A stretch of DNA of 64,000 bases, from positions 434,001-498,000 of the forward strand of contig NW_026250425.1 in the NCBI RefSeq assembly GCF_024521635.1, read 5' to 3'. Origin of the DNA: Tricharina praecox. Lineage: Eukaryota. The notes under the pieces are model-generated. The model was not told where the DNA came from, ran no database searches, and saw nothing but the letters and a program-made list of their open reading frames with translations. This document shows, one piece after another, positions 23,093 through 35,745 of the stretch. Numbering within the stretch: the first letter of the stretch is position 1; every line of letters begins with the position of its first letter. Made by a program: the position numbers and the translations under genes.

Positions 23093-24529
23093 CTACCGCG
23101 AAACCTTTCTAACGACGACACTAGCGGCCTTGCCAAGGCGGTTCATGACAGCCAGGCCCTCCTCCGTCTCCTCGATGCCCTCGACATGGATGACATCGAC
23201 GCCGATCTCGTCGAGCTCTCTGAGCACAGCGAACAGGCCTCGTCCGATATCCTTCCCGTCGCTGCCGAGATTCCGCTCGAAGATTTCGATCTGCAGTGGG
23301 CCGTGCTTCTGGCAGTAGGCCTTCACCTCCGCCTGTGCGAAGCCCTCTTTCCACGTGCGTGTGCGAACGATGCCGACGCGGCAGACGTACCGCGCCGAGC
23401 TGAAGATGTCGCGGCCGGCGGGCGGGTTCGCTCCAACGTCGTAGAGGACTACGCCCGCGCGAGGTGAGTAGTGCTTGTACTTCATCCCCGGAGCGCGCGG
23501 TGCCGTGTCGCCGTCGTCGGCATCCCGTTTTGCGACCACCACCTTCTCCCAGATGCCACCGCATGCGCGGAGCTCCTCTGCACTGATACCGCCGGGGCGT
23601 AGCACTACGGGGGGATCGTGGAGTCCATCGACGACTGTCGATTCGAGTCCCACATCCGCTGAACCACCGTCGATGATCAGGGGGATTTTTCCGTTCAAAT
23701 CTGTGTAAACGTGTTGCGCAGTAGTTGGGGAGGGTCTCCCGCTGGCATTTGCGGAAGGTGCGGCGAGTGGCAGGTCGGAGATCGCCGCAAGCGCAAGCGC
23801 GATGGGGTGGCGGGGCATACGCGCGGCAAAAGTTGGTTGGGTGGAGGTAACATAAGGGCTGAGAGGGCTGGGGATCGGCAAGGGCAGTAAGATGGTAAGA
23901 GGACCTGGCCAAAACTTTTCGATCAGCGGTAGATATACTGCTGGGATTGTTTCCTCCTCGATCGGTTCTTCTTCAGGCGTGACCATTGGCAGCGGCAAGC
24001 GGGCGGGGGAGAATGGGCGGGGTAATAGCCTGCGCAGCTGTTTCAAAGACGCAATGTGAACGATCAGCGGGTTATCTGCGGGCCGGGACTTGGCGGAATA
24101 GATCGATCGCACGGCGGTGTTGCAGGTAGCATCCGCGCCGAGACCGTAGACTGTTTCGGTGGGGAATGCCACGCACTGCCCATTCCTGAGCAGCGCCGCC
24201 GCCGCCTCCAGAGCACTCCGTGTCTCATCGGAAGAGATTGTAATCGTAGGATCCTCGTATGGGTGCTCTCCCGGTTTCGTCGACGCCGGCGTGAAGGTGA
24301 TCAAGTTCGAGTTGACCTTCTGTATCGTGGTGCGGACAGTGCGTCGATATGGGTTCAGAGGCGGGGTAGTCGTCGACGACGGCGATGAAGTATCCGAGTT
24401 ACTGTGGTATGAGTCGCTGCAGCATTTCTGGGATTCGGTGTCGGGGGAGGCTAGAGGGGTATCGACTTGGTCGGTTTCCAGGGCGTTCAGAGTAGGCCTG
24501 TCGGGCCTGGTCTCGCGTACACCGTTCAT
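23093..24529 (-). CDS. SUA5: Threonylcarbamoyl-AMP synthase Sua5 (t6A biosynthesis); first AUG at 24529, frame open upstream to 24931
   Basis: VAFPTETVYGLGADA, KSRPADNPLIVH, FWPGPLT, APSANASGRPSPT, GLESTVVD, PGMKYKHYSP, AVMNRLGKAA. Confidence 0.95.
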   Translation of the reverse strand: MNGVRETRPDRPTLNALETDQVDTPLASPDTESQKCCSDSYHSNSDTSSPSSTTTPPLNPYRRTVRTTIQKVNSNLITFTPASTKPGEHPYEDPTITISSDETRSALEAAAALLRNGQCVAFPTETVYGLGADATCNTAVRSIYSAKSRPADNPLIVHIASLKQLRRLLPRPFSPARLPLPMVTPEEEPIEEETIPAVYLPLIEKFWPGPLTILLPLPIPSPLSPYVTSTQPTFAARMPRHPIALALAAISDLPLAAPSANASGRPSPTTAQHVYTDLNGKIPLIIDGGSADVGLESTVVDGLHDPPVVLRPGGISAEELRACGGIWEKVVVAKRDADDGDTAPRAPGMKYKHYSPRAGVVLYDVGANPPAGRDIFSSARYVCRVGIVRTRTWKEGFAQAEVKAYCQKHGPLQIEIFERNLGSDGKDIGRGLFAVLRELDEIGVDVIHVEGIEETEEGLAVMNRLGKAASVVVRKVSR

Positions 24530-26240
24530 GACCGACGCTGTGCCAGAGGAGCCCCTCAAGGCGGGGCTTGAAGACGATATATCGGCGCAGCAGGGAGCGG
24601 GGTGGATGAGTCTGGTGGTGAGGTTGGGGGCGGGGGATCGGATTCTGGTTGGCCGAATGGAGCGGAGAAGAGGGGTCAGGGAGCAATTAAGGAACGACAG
24701 CGTGGAAGTGGGCGACTGGGGAAGCAGATTAAACCACCGAAGTGTGATTGAAGCCGAGGAAGCCGATTCAAGCGCAGAGGGCGGTGTTATTAGAGGGTGT
24801 AGGGTTGTGAGTGGATCGTGATTCGTGATATGTCGAAAAAGAGAGGAGGCGATAGACAGGGCAGGGCTGGGGGGTTTTGGTGGTGTTGGTTGGGTTGTTG
24901 GTGGGTGGGGGCGGGGGGGGAGGGGAGGGGACTAGACAAAAGCATAAACTAGCGGAGATAGCCTGTTGGCCGTTGGGATTCTTCTTCTCTTCTTCTTCTT
25001 CTCTTCTTCTTCTTCTCTTCTTCTTCTTCTCTTCTTCCCTTCTTCTTCCCGTCATCCCTTCCTGCCTTCTCGATCTAATTACCCAAAATGGAATGTTCTG
25101 GCTGATCCGACTTTGGAGTGAGAGTTCCATGACTTTTTCCTATTCGGTTCCGATATCTGAAGAGACTGAATAACCAAGCAAGTGGTCTAGAAGTATGTAA
25201 GCAATGAGGGACCAGCTCGCACTGTAACTAATCGACTAGTGGGAGGAGTATCTATGTGTAAATCAATTCGCTGTTCGAAAACGCATTCGGATCACGGTGA
25301 GACCCAATCAATCGCTAGTCGACCAATCCCATCGACGGAAGTGAAGAGGAAAAAAAAAACAGGAAACCCTCGTGAGGAGTTCCAGCTGTGCCATGCCAGC
25401 CAGCCTAGCCCATGCAGCAAGCCTCCCCAGCAACAACACTTCCCTTGCCTCTCGTTCCTTCCCTTCCCTTCCTCTCTCCGCCCCGTCAATCAGATCACAT
25501 CATTCAAATCACGTCACATCCTTACGACACACACACATGCTCGTTCTGCTGCTGGTATTTGACTTCCTTCCCAGCCCATATCTACCTACCGTCCGATTTG
25601 CTTCCCGTTCCCGTCAGATAAGCGAGCTCAGAACGGTTTTCACGTGCCAGAGAGTTGATTGTAAAAGTGAGACACTTCTTTGTTCGGCAAGATCTCTTGT
25701 GAGGAAAACGAAGAAGTAAGAGGCCGTGGCAGAAACGTTTGGTATTTGAAATCTTAAAGAGCAAACAACGAGGAAAGCCAGCAAACATTCGACAAGGAAG
25801 AAAAAAAAGTGCGAGACACGCGGGACAAACCCCCAAAACCAGTGCCAAATAAAAAAAGAAAAGTCCATGAGAAAGGTCCAAAAACAAACACAAAAAAAAG
25901 GTCCAGAACCCGCCACCTATTGTACAGAAAAGGTGAACTTTTTAAACAGGAGACATGCGGGCCTTCCCGTCCGCCAAAGCAGGCGAACGTCGTGTGCACA
26001 AACTTAGAACTCCAATTAAACAGGATATCTGGAGGGTATTGTTTAGGAATTATCCCACTTCCCCGCCCCGGCTGAACCCGACTGGGCTCCGTCACAAGGC
26101 CGTAATAAACAAAGGAATAAAAAACCAAGAAACGTGGACGATATCCCGACCCAAAATAGAAGAACTCCTCTAACTCCAAGTCCCCGATCCAACCGCACAC
26201 ACAACCCAAAGCCAGTCGAGTCGACGAGTGGATGGATTTC

Positions 26241-28442
26241 TCAGGCTGCAGCAGTAGCTTCTCCAACAGTTCGGCCCGTGCCTACGATGATCATTGATCG
26301 GCCGGCTTCCTTCTCCGCATCGCGAGCCCTCTCCTCCTCTTCGGCAATCTCTTGCTCATCCTTCTCCTCTGCCCAGGCGCCCCACAAGGCTTTCTTCTGC
26401 TGGATATCGATCTGTCCGAATCCCTTTGACTGCTTGACCTTGATAGCGTCCTTGGTGGCGAGGACCAGGACTTCGAAGAACATCTTGGTTGCATCCATCT
26501 TGGTTGTCGTCTGCGCGGGGAGGAGCTCCTGGAAGACAACCGTCTTCTTCGGATTCGCCTCAAACTGCTCACGAAGAACATGCACGGCATGTCGAGTTTC
26601 ACGGGACACGACCTGTGGTACGGAAGGCATGTCCTGCTCCAGCATGGGCTCGCCCATGGCCTCCTGTTCTTCTTGGCTGACATCGCCTTGAGGAATAATG
26701 TCGGGTTGTGGTGAAGTAGACCCTGCGAATATTAGCAACGAAATGAAACGTAATGTAAGAGACAATCATACCACCGCGGCCCTGGTGCAGATCATCAAAG
26801 CACACTTGCTCGCCCATGAACGGCATTGGCGAAGCATGGCTGTCTTCGGGAAGCTCCATCATTTCTTCCATAACCACCTCTTCCTCCTCCTCTTCGGGAG
26901 CTGCGGAATGTCGTTCAATGTGCTCCTCCTCCTCCTCCTCCTCGATCTCAAGCCTAGCTTGCTTGGACGGGCTGGGCCTTGTCTCCTCACCCTCCTCCTC
27001 AATCGACTGTGCAGCATCGCGCTTGCGCTTCTTTTCCGCCATGCGCTTGACGAAGTCAGGTGCAAGCAGGCTCGCCAACTCTGGAGCAATGTTTCTGGGA
27101 TAGAAGATGGAGCGAGCTAGACCTCCACTCTTGGTCAAACTCATGAGAGAAAGAACGGCGGGGTCGCGAGGCAGGTAGCTGGGCTCCTTCATCAGACGAC
27201 TGCGATCAGCCTGTTGCGCTCTGATGACCTTGGCTTTGATTTCGGTGACCGCGTCAACAACAACCCTGCTACGCTTGCGAGACTGCTGCTGGTGAGCAGC
27301 ATGTACTGACTCGACATCCTCGCTCTCCCGGTTCAGGTTGAAGGTGTTGTCTCCGGCTTCGCCTTGAGGTACTTCCAGCTCCTCGGGGAGGGTGGTCATC
27401 TCAGCCTCCTCGTTGACGTGCTCAACGGGGGTGGGGGCATCGACGACGGCTGGCGCGACCGATGCGGTGCGTTCGCGGCCGGCTTCCTCGGCGGCTACCA
27501 CTGAGGCCGGAGCCTCAGGTAGAGGTGTAGCTTCGTGATCCGGGAGAGGTTGGATCGTCAGGTCGGAATCCAGATCGATGTCCATGCCGCGAGCAAAACC
27601 GGTATTGTCGTCATCCAGACCCAAATCCAAACCACCATCGTCGAACCCAAAAACGGGCGTGGATTCACGATTCGCCTTGGGTGTCAGGTCTCCAAGGTCC
27701 AAGCTCAAACGAGACTCGTCGAAAAGGTCGCCGTCGAGGTCGCGGCCAAGAGGCGCGTCTCTGCCGATTTCCAAAGAATCGGAGCCCATGATCAGATCCT
27801 CCAGCCCGCCCATCGACATGTCGCGGTCCTCTCCGATATCGATGTCCAAAATCTCATCCTCCAATTGTAGACCGTCGTCGTGGTCATAACCGCGGGGCTG
27901 TTCGAGCGAGCTCACAAAGGAATCGGGATCCAGTGTGATATCCACATTGCGCTTCTGGTGTCCCGACCGCAATGGGAGATTGCCCAGTCCGCCGAGGTCG
28001 AGAGTCGGATCGGGAAGAAGCAGATCGAGCTCGGTAATAACGTCGGGAAGGGTCAATTGGGCGGAGGTATGCGAGATGGCACCGGCCGGAAGATCCACAT
28101 TTCCTGGACGGAAAGCCTGATGAAATCAGTCGTTAAACGTCTGCTGTATATCATCCGTGCGAGTGAGGGTTGACCGACCATCTTAATCTTCATTAGAGCC
28201 TCATTGCAGTCCTCCAGCAGATAACGCGCTTTGCGGGAGTAAATTCTGACGACACCGAGCAGCAGCTGGCCACTCAACCGCAGTGCCATCGGTGCCTGGT
28301 CCTGCCCGACAATTGCGCCGACCGAGGTTTCAATATTTGATTGAAGGATATGAGTTTTCGAGAGCTTGCGCTCGAGGTTAGCACTGAGCCATACTCGCGC
28401 GAGCGGACCCGTCTTCGAGAGAAGGGTCTCCGAATAGAACAT
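26241..28442 (-). CDS. RAD21: Cohesin kleisin subunit Rad21/Scc1
   Basis: MFYSETLLSKTGPLARVWLSANLERKLSK, ALRLSGQLLLGVVRIYSRK; separase-type site SLEIGRD; C-terminal ATKMFFEVLVLATKDAIKVKQ; introns about 28178-28116 and 26771-26723. Confidence 0.95.
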
Positions 28443-29801
28443 GGCTGCTACTGCTGCTGCTGCTGCTGCGCTGTCGCGACCGACGCGTCAGTGTGGAAGC
28501 GAGCTGTTTTCTAGCAAATACTGTGCGAAGAACGATGGTTTTTTCGCTGACGATTATGAACCTGTTGGTTTTTGTAGTAGTGGTGGAGGGGAGGTGAGGT
28601 GGGGGGTTGGGGTTGGCAGGGAGGAAGCGCGTTGTTTTATTGATGGTATGTAAAGTACGTAGAGCGGTGATGGTGGTTATGGTAGTGGTGGTGCTGGGCT
28701 TGCGTTGCGTTGCTTTGCTGCAGGGGGAATTGGAATGTGGGCGATGGCCGGAGTGATGCCGATGGGGAGGGGGGTTGGGTTTGGTTTGGTTTTTGGCTGG
28801 CAACAACGCAACGGAAGAGCGAGTGACCAGCGACGGAGGTATCGCCGCGTTGCCCCGACAGGAATCTTATGAAAGCGGACAAAAACGGACCACCGGACGA
28901 GCCAAAGAAGGTGGAGACGATGATGTAAACACGATGGTGGTGAAAATACTAATGGCAGTAGAGGGTCCAGGTGTACAGCAGAGGAGTGGCTTCGGCTTTA
29001 CAGTTTCCGTTGTTTTGTCGCGACTCCTCTTTTCTCTTGCTTCCGCGGTTCACTACGAAAAGTCGGGAGGTTGGGATAAAGAATGAATGACTCGGACAGA
29101 GCACGTGATATGCACCCTGATAAGATAAGATGCTGCTGGTGGATCATATCTGATTGTTTGTGAGCCAGCTACCTATGCCAAGCCATATTGCCATCTTATC
29201 AACACGACACGTCTCTGCTATCCGATCATCTCGGTGGCCTTTGTGCGTCTCCTCCGCCCTTCCGATGGCACTATCCCGCTTGCAATCAGCCGCCAGGTTT
29301 TGTTCCTGAAGACTGGGTTCAACGTAGGAACGTCGTCGTAAGCATTCGAGAACTCCGATTCCCGAACCCCTCGGAAATGAAGATTCGGGATCTCAGCTCA
29401 TCCAAAGAGTCTCCTGAAAACCGACAGAGCTGACGAAATATAAAGTACGTACTTCGGCAGAACCTCATCTGCCAGCTCATCGCATAGCCAGAACAGAAGT
29501 CCCAAGAAGTACTTATTCAAGTACTCAATAGCAGCAGTAGCACTCGTGACTAATCCGTCCGATAGCTTTGCTCCACTCTCCTTTTTATTGCTTTTTCCAC
29601 TTAACTGCTGGAGGCCAGCAAAGCCCAAAAGTCCCCATACCAACGACGACCTCGCCTCACGTCCACAGCAAAGGATTCCTCGCCTCCTACGAACGACATT
29701 CCAAACGTTTCCAGTCCTACATGCACTGATTGCAGTCATTCCTTTGCCGGTAATCAGCTCTTTTTGTCTGGTTCTCGTATCTTGGTGGATCGGTTCCCAT
29801 C

Positions 29802-32800
29802 ATGTCGAGGGTACACACTCCTCGCGGCGGCACTCCGTTACGCAACCTTGGCCCTTCCTCCTCTTCCTCCCCCTTTGTTGGATCAGCATCCGTGGCCAGC
29901 TCCAGTAGTGCGTTCATCGCCGCTGTATGCCCTTCGATCCCGCTTGCGATGAAACCCTTACTTACGGAGTTCGTGCGATCGCCATAGCCTCCCTCCGCCG
30001 TCTTCGCTACACTCTCCCCCAATGAGACCGCCTCGCGATTGGAAACCAGCTTAACCCACGGCATCTCGTCCTCACGCGAAGTCCAAGACCGACGGGCATT
30101 ACACGGCTCCAATGAACTACCCCAGCCGGAACAGGACTCGATCTACGTGCGGTTCTTCAAGCAATTCGTCGAGTCGCCATTGATCCTCCTCCTACTCGGC
30201 AGTGCGGTGGTCTCGTTCTTAATGAAAAACTATGACGACGCGGTTAGTATAGCGGTCGCGGTGCTCATCGTCGTTACGGTGGGGTTCGTGCAGGAGTACC
30301 GGTCGGAGAAGAGCTTGGAGGCGTTAAATAAGCTCGTGCCACACTTTGCACACCTTCTACGAGGACAATCGGCAGGCGACGATGACCTGTCGGCAGTGTC
30401 AGGAACAGCACACTCACATGTGGTTATGGCGGGGCAGCTCGTGCCCGGAGATTTAGTTGTCTTTGCTACTGGCGACCGCATCCCAGCCGATTTACGGATA
30501 ACGCACGCTGCCGACCTCGAGATCGACGAATCCAATCTTACCGGAGAAGCTGAACCTGTGCGAAAGACGACGGAAGCTGTTGCGCCGCGTTCGATGAACC
30601 CTACACTCGGTGAGATTCCGGTGGCGGAACGCACCTGCATCGCGTTTATGGGAACTCTAGTTCGCAGTGGGCATGGCCGGGGAATCGTCATTGCTACCGG
30701 ACAGAAGACCGAGTTTGGATCGATATCGGCAATGCTGGCGGAGATCTCGACGCCGAGGACCCCGCTGCAGAGCTCCATGGATAAGCTGGGGAAGGACCTG
30801 AGTTATGCTAGTTTTGGTGTCATTGGGTTGATCATTCTGATTGGACTGTGGCAAGGCCGCGCGTGGATGGATATGTTTCAGGTTGGAGTATCGTTAGCTG
30901 TTGCAGCTATCCCCGAAGGTCTTCCTATCATCGTCACCGTAACGCTGGCTTTGGGTGTACTAAGGATGGTCAAGAGAGGCGGAATCGTCAGGAAGCTCCC
31001 CAGCGTTGAGACTCTGGGCTGCGTGTCCGTTGTATGCAGTGACAAGACCGGCACGCTCACCATGAACCACATGGCGGTGACAAAGCTTTGGAGCTTTGAC
31101 TTTCCAGGCCCCGTCGAGCGGTCAACGCTCACCTCCAGCGCGCCGGATCAGGCGGTACGTGCTTTGATACGCACGGCCAATATGTGCAACAACGCAAGAC
31201 TCTCCGGCGCGACTACTGCCGCGACTTCCACTATTGGTATCAACGAAGACCCCTCCAGCAACAACTCTCGATGGGTCGGCCAACCCACCGACGTAGCACT
31301 ATTGGACATGATGGATGCTTTCGGCTCGGAAGAGGATGCTCGCGATCACTTCCATCGTATCACGGAGACACCCTTCTCCTCGGCAAAGAAGTGGATGGGT
31401 GTCGTTGCAAGCGACAATTCTCAGGACTCTGGTGTTGCGTCGGTGTACATCAAGGGCGCATTGGAACAAGTTCTCTCCAAGTGTGATACATACCTGACCA
31501 AAGATGGACGGGAGGTTGTGTTGGACGATGCACGTCGGAGTACTGCACTTGCAGCCGCCGAATCAATGGCCGAGGAGGGTCTCCGAGTCCTCGGATTCGC
31601 AAAGGGAACAACCAAAATCGCCAGGAATGACACAAACAACGACGAGGCTTACACGGGATTGACGTTTACCGGCTCGGTGGGAATGTACGACCCGCCGCGG
31701 CCGGGAGTCGAAGACGCGATCCGCCGGCTCATGCGCGGCAGCGTCAAGGTCATCATGATCACCGGCGACTCGGAGATTACCGCCACCGCAATCGGACGAA
31801 AACTCGGAATGCCGCTGCTTCCCAGCGGGCAAGGTCCCAACGGCATGGTCAAATCGGTCCTGCGTGGGGAAGACATCGACCAGATGTCGGACTCGCAGTT
31901 GCGACAGGTTATGGGAACCACCAGTATCTTTGCTCGCACTAGTCCGGAGCACAAGATGAGACTCGTTCGGGCTCTGCAGGCTAACAAGGAGGTCGTCGCC
32001 ATGACTGGAGACGGTGTTAACGATGCTCCGGCGCTCAAGATGGCGGATATTGGTATCGCAATGGGAATCATGGGAACCGATGTTGCCAAGGAAGCGTCGG
32101 ACATGATCCTTAGCAACGACAACTTCTCGACCATACTTGCCGCCATCGAGGAGGGAAAGGGCATCTTCTACAACATTCAAAACTTTTTGACATTTCAGCT
32201 CAGCACTAGTGTTGCCGCGCTGAGTTTGGTTCTCCTCAGCACGTTCTTTGGTCTCAAGAACCCGTTGAACCCCATGCAGATCTTGTGGATCAGTACGTTT
32301 TCCCAGCATCACCCCAGGGAGTAGAGTAGTCACAGCTAGCTAACGGACGATGCAGACATCCTAATGGACGGGCCACCCGCGCAATCTCTCGGCGTCGAGC
32401 CCGTAGACCCGATCGTAATGACACGTCCGCCGCGGTCCCGCGACGCACAAATCCTCACGCGGCCGGTGATCACGCGAATCTTCACGTCGGCGGCCATAAT
32501 CGTAATCGGCACCATGTTTATCTACATCAAGGAGATGGCGGCGGACGGGATCGTCACGGCGCGCGACACCACCATGACCTTCACGTGCTTCGTGTTCTTT
32601 GACATGTTCAACGCGCTCGCCTGCCGCTCCGAGGGCAAGTCCATCCTCAAGGGCGAGGTCCCCCTGCTCGGGAATAAAATGTTCAATGTCGCGGTCGCCC
32701 TCAGCTTGCTCGGGCAGATGGCTGTCATCTACGTGCCCGGATTGCAGGGCGTCTTCCAGACTGAGGCCCTGAGCGTACGCGACCTGGTCGTCCTGGTGCT

Positions 32801-32894
32801 GCTCACCAGCACCGTCTTCCTCGCCGACGAGGCCAGGAAGATACTCGGCCGTAAGGGCAGGGATTGGAACACCGGGTACAGCTCGCATGTATGA
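29802..32894 (+). CDS. PMR1: Golgi/secretory-pathway P-type Ca2+/Mn2+ ATPase
   Basis: [77 protein letters not shown]; introns about 29908-29987 and 32293-32355; start codon approximate. Confidence 0.95.
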
Positions 32895-33472
32895 TTTTTT
32901 TCTTCTAGATCTTATGGATTCTTTTTATTTTATTTATTGTTTTCTTTTTTCTGTTTTTCCTTGTGGATCTTCTCATACTATAGACAGCGGGCGGGCGGAG
33001 TAACTACTAAGGGGCGGGGCAGGGGTGGGGGTGTATGAGTGGGGCGGATGTATCACGATTGCGTGTTTCTGGCGAATGGGATCGGGATAGGATGGCGATG
33101 TCGGCGATGTGTATACCGTACTCGACTCGACTCGATTTGAAGTGCTGCTTGCTTGCTTGCGTATCGATCAATGGTCTCTTGTTTGTGCGGTACGGCGCGG
33201 GTTGGACGGGGAGGGGGAGAGGGGGAGGGAGATATGGAGGGAGGGAGAGATGCAGGGAGTAGATACCATAATGACGCTCTTTTCTGCGTGTTCGGGTGGT
33301 CGTTTGCCGTGATGGGGCTGTGAATTTGTGATGGCGGAGAATCGGAAGGGCGGAGGCTCCTAGATGAATGTTTCGTGAGGACGGACGGGGAGGGCGGACG
33401 GTGGACGGTAGTGTGCGTACCACGGTCTCAGTGCTAGGAATAGGTGGTTGGTCCTCTGGACAAAGAAGCCGG

Positions 33473-33570
33473 TATGTAGGAAGAGAGTCGGTGGGAAGAG
33501 AGACGGTAGGAAGAGACGCCAATAGGAAGAGAGTTATGTGGAAGAGAGTCCGGTAGGAAGAGAGTCCGGT
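33473..33570 (+). repeat. Degenerate ~15-17 nt tandem repeat (GTRGGAAGAGASKC)
   Basis: GGAAGAGA core recurs five times. Confidence 0.7.
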
Positions 33571-34110
33571 GGGTGGGTAGGACGACGAAGACCGGATGCG
33601 AAGGGGCCTCTAGGTGTATCCTCCAGTGGGAATGGGAATCAAAATTCAAGGAGTGGATAGACGGATGTATGGATGTATGGATGTATGGAAGGAAGCATGG
33701 GAAGGAAGAGAGGACGAGCAGGTGAAGGTCAAGGACCAGGAGGCAGTGAGCCCGCCCCCCGCTCCCCTCCCTTCGCCCTTCGGCTATAGCAAACAAGCAA
33801 GTGAGTTGTTCAGTTACCTACTACCGTAGTCTAAGACTCTAACATAGTACCCACGCGACGGATTCCTGGCGATCCCCTGGCGATTCCCTGGACAGAGCGG
33901 AGATTCCCTAACGATTCCCTGGAGCTTCTCTAGCTTCTGCGGGTAGAGACCGAAACAGACTGGCAGACAAACTGACAAACTGGCAAACTGACAAACTGAC
34001 GGACTGACGGCGGGGGAAAGCCACATGGCACTGGGTGAGGGGTATGTTCATATGAATCTCCATGCCACGTGCTTGTGACAGCGGTCTGCGCCGTCTGCCC
34101 GTACCTGCCG

Positions 34111-34161
34111 TGCTGGGACTGGCTGGGACTGGCTGGGACTGGCTGGGACTGGCTGGGACTG
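34111..34161 (+). repeat. (GGCTGGGACT)5 minisatellite
   Basis: direct inspection. Confidence 0.9.
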
Positions 34162-34293
34162 AGCTTCTAGAAGATCTGCCTCCTCTTCCCTTGGCCTTCT
34201 CCTCCTCCCTTGGCCTTCTCCTCCCTTGATAGTACCCAAGACCGAGGTGGATAGAGTATCGTATAGTACGCAACCACCCAGTCGACGAAGTTA

Positions 34294-34381
34294 TACCCAC
34301 CTGTCTACCCACCTGTCTACCCACCTTTCTACCCACCTGTCTACCCACCTGTCTACCCACCTGTATACCCACCTACCTACC
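34294..34381 (+). repeat. 12-bp tandem repeat (TACCCACCTGTC) x about 7
   Basis: direct inspection, minor variants. Confidence 0.9.
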
Positions 34382-35556
34382 CGGCCCACGTGTGCTCTGC
34401 TTGCTTCTGCTTGCTCTGATTGCTCCGGCTTCTAGAAGAAGAAGCCTATCTGCCTGTCTGCCCGTCTGTCTGTGATTGCAACTTGCAGTACCCAGGAATG
34501 ATACCTACTCTATCCTAGGTACTCTATTTTCCCGCCGCATAGTACCATACATACCGTGCCTATGCCACGTTGTGCGTACCGTACATACATCCATACGCCG
34601 GACTCGGGTTGTGCTGCGGGGGGGTGTGGGAGGCGGCTGCATGGAGGTGGAGGTGGCGTGGAGTGGGGGTGGAGTGCCTGAGGGAATTTGATGTCTGATC
34701 TTCTACATATGTACGGTATCGTACTATGGACTGGTGAGATTTTGGTACGGATTTGGTGCAATATGGGGTTGTGGGGGATGGGGTGAGGGGGTGTTAACCT
34801 GGGGCCCCGGGGGGAGGGGGATTGGTGATTGGAGATTGCCATTGGCGGGGTTCAAGGCCTGGTATGGAGGTAAGAAGAAGCCCCTATGATATGTACCGGT
34901 AGATACATACGGTACCAGCCACAACAGACGAACGGACGTGTAGACGGACTTGTAGACGGACTTGCAGACGGACTTGTTCGGGAGGGCCGCGGTATCTATG
35001 GGGAAGCACATGGGTTCTTGGTGTGTAGTAGTAATTGCTGATAGCAGGCACGGCATTCTACCGGTACCTAGTAGAGATTCGGAGGCGGGAGGTTGGTTAA
35101 AGAGTACATGCCGTATTTGCTTCTTCTTTCACGACATCGTATTCGCCATGCCCTCGTTCGCCAGCCAGCCAGCCAGCCGGTTAGAAGCCCGCTCGAGTCT
35201 CCACAGGATCGTCGCAGCCACCACTTCTCGTCTGGTCTCGTCTGGTCTCGTCGAGACAAAAAAGATAGACAGACATTTCTCATTTCTCATTCACGCCTGT
35301 CAGCGCAAGCAAGCAAGCATCACGATGACGGCGGTGCCAATGCCAATTCCAACACCGGTACCGGGGTCAGCTGTATGTCGTAACTGTCGTTCGTTCGTTA
35401 TTTCGTGCATTTCTTTGTTCTTTCGTTCGTTCTTTCGTTCGTTCTTTCGTTCGGTTCGCTGCCCACACACACCCACACACACCCACACCCACACACCCAC
35501 ACACCCACCTCGCACACACGCGCACACATGCCCATGTGGAGTCCACGTTGTTTCGA

Positions 35557-35745
35557 CATACATATCATACATATCATACATATCATACATATCATACATA
35601 TCATACATATCATACATATCATACATATCATACATATCATACATATCATACATATCATACATATCATACATATCATACATATCATACATATCATACATAT
35701 CATACATATCATACATATCATACATATCATACATATCATACATAT
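35557..35745 (+). repeat. Perfect 9-bp tandem repeat (CATACATAT)21
   Basis: 189 nt of identical units; produces the spurious SYI/HTY/HII ORFs. Confidence 0.95.

Noticed and set aside
26800..26812. GCAAGT as a GC donor in RAD21
   Set aside because: Wrong phase for the C-terminal domain; the GTATGA donor at 26771 restores the frame
35557..35745. Possible CRISPR-like array
   Set aside because: No spacers; pure tandem repeat in a eukaryotic genome
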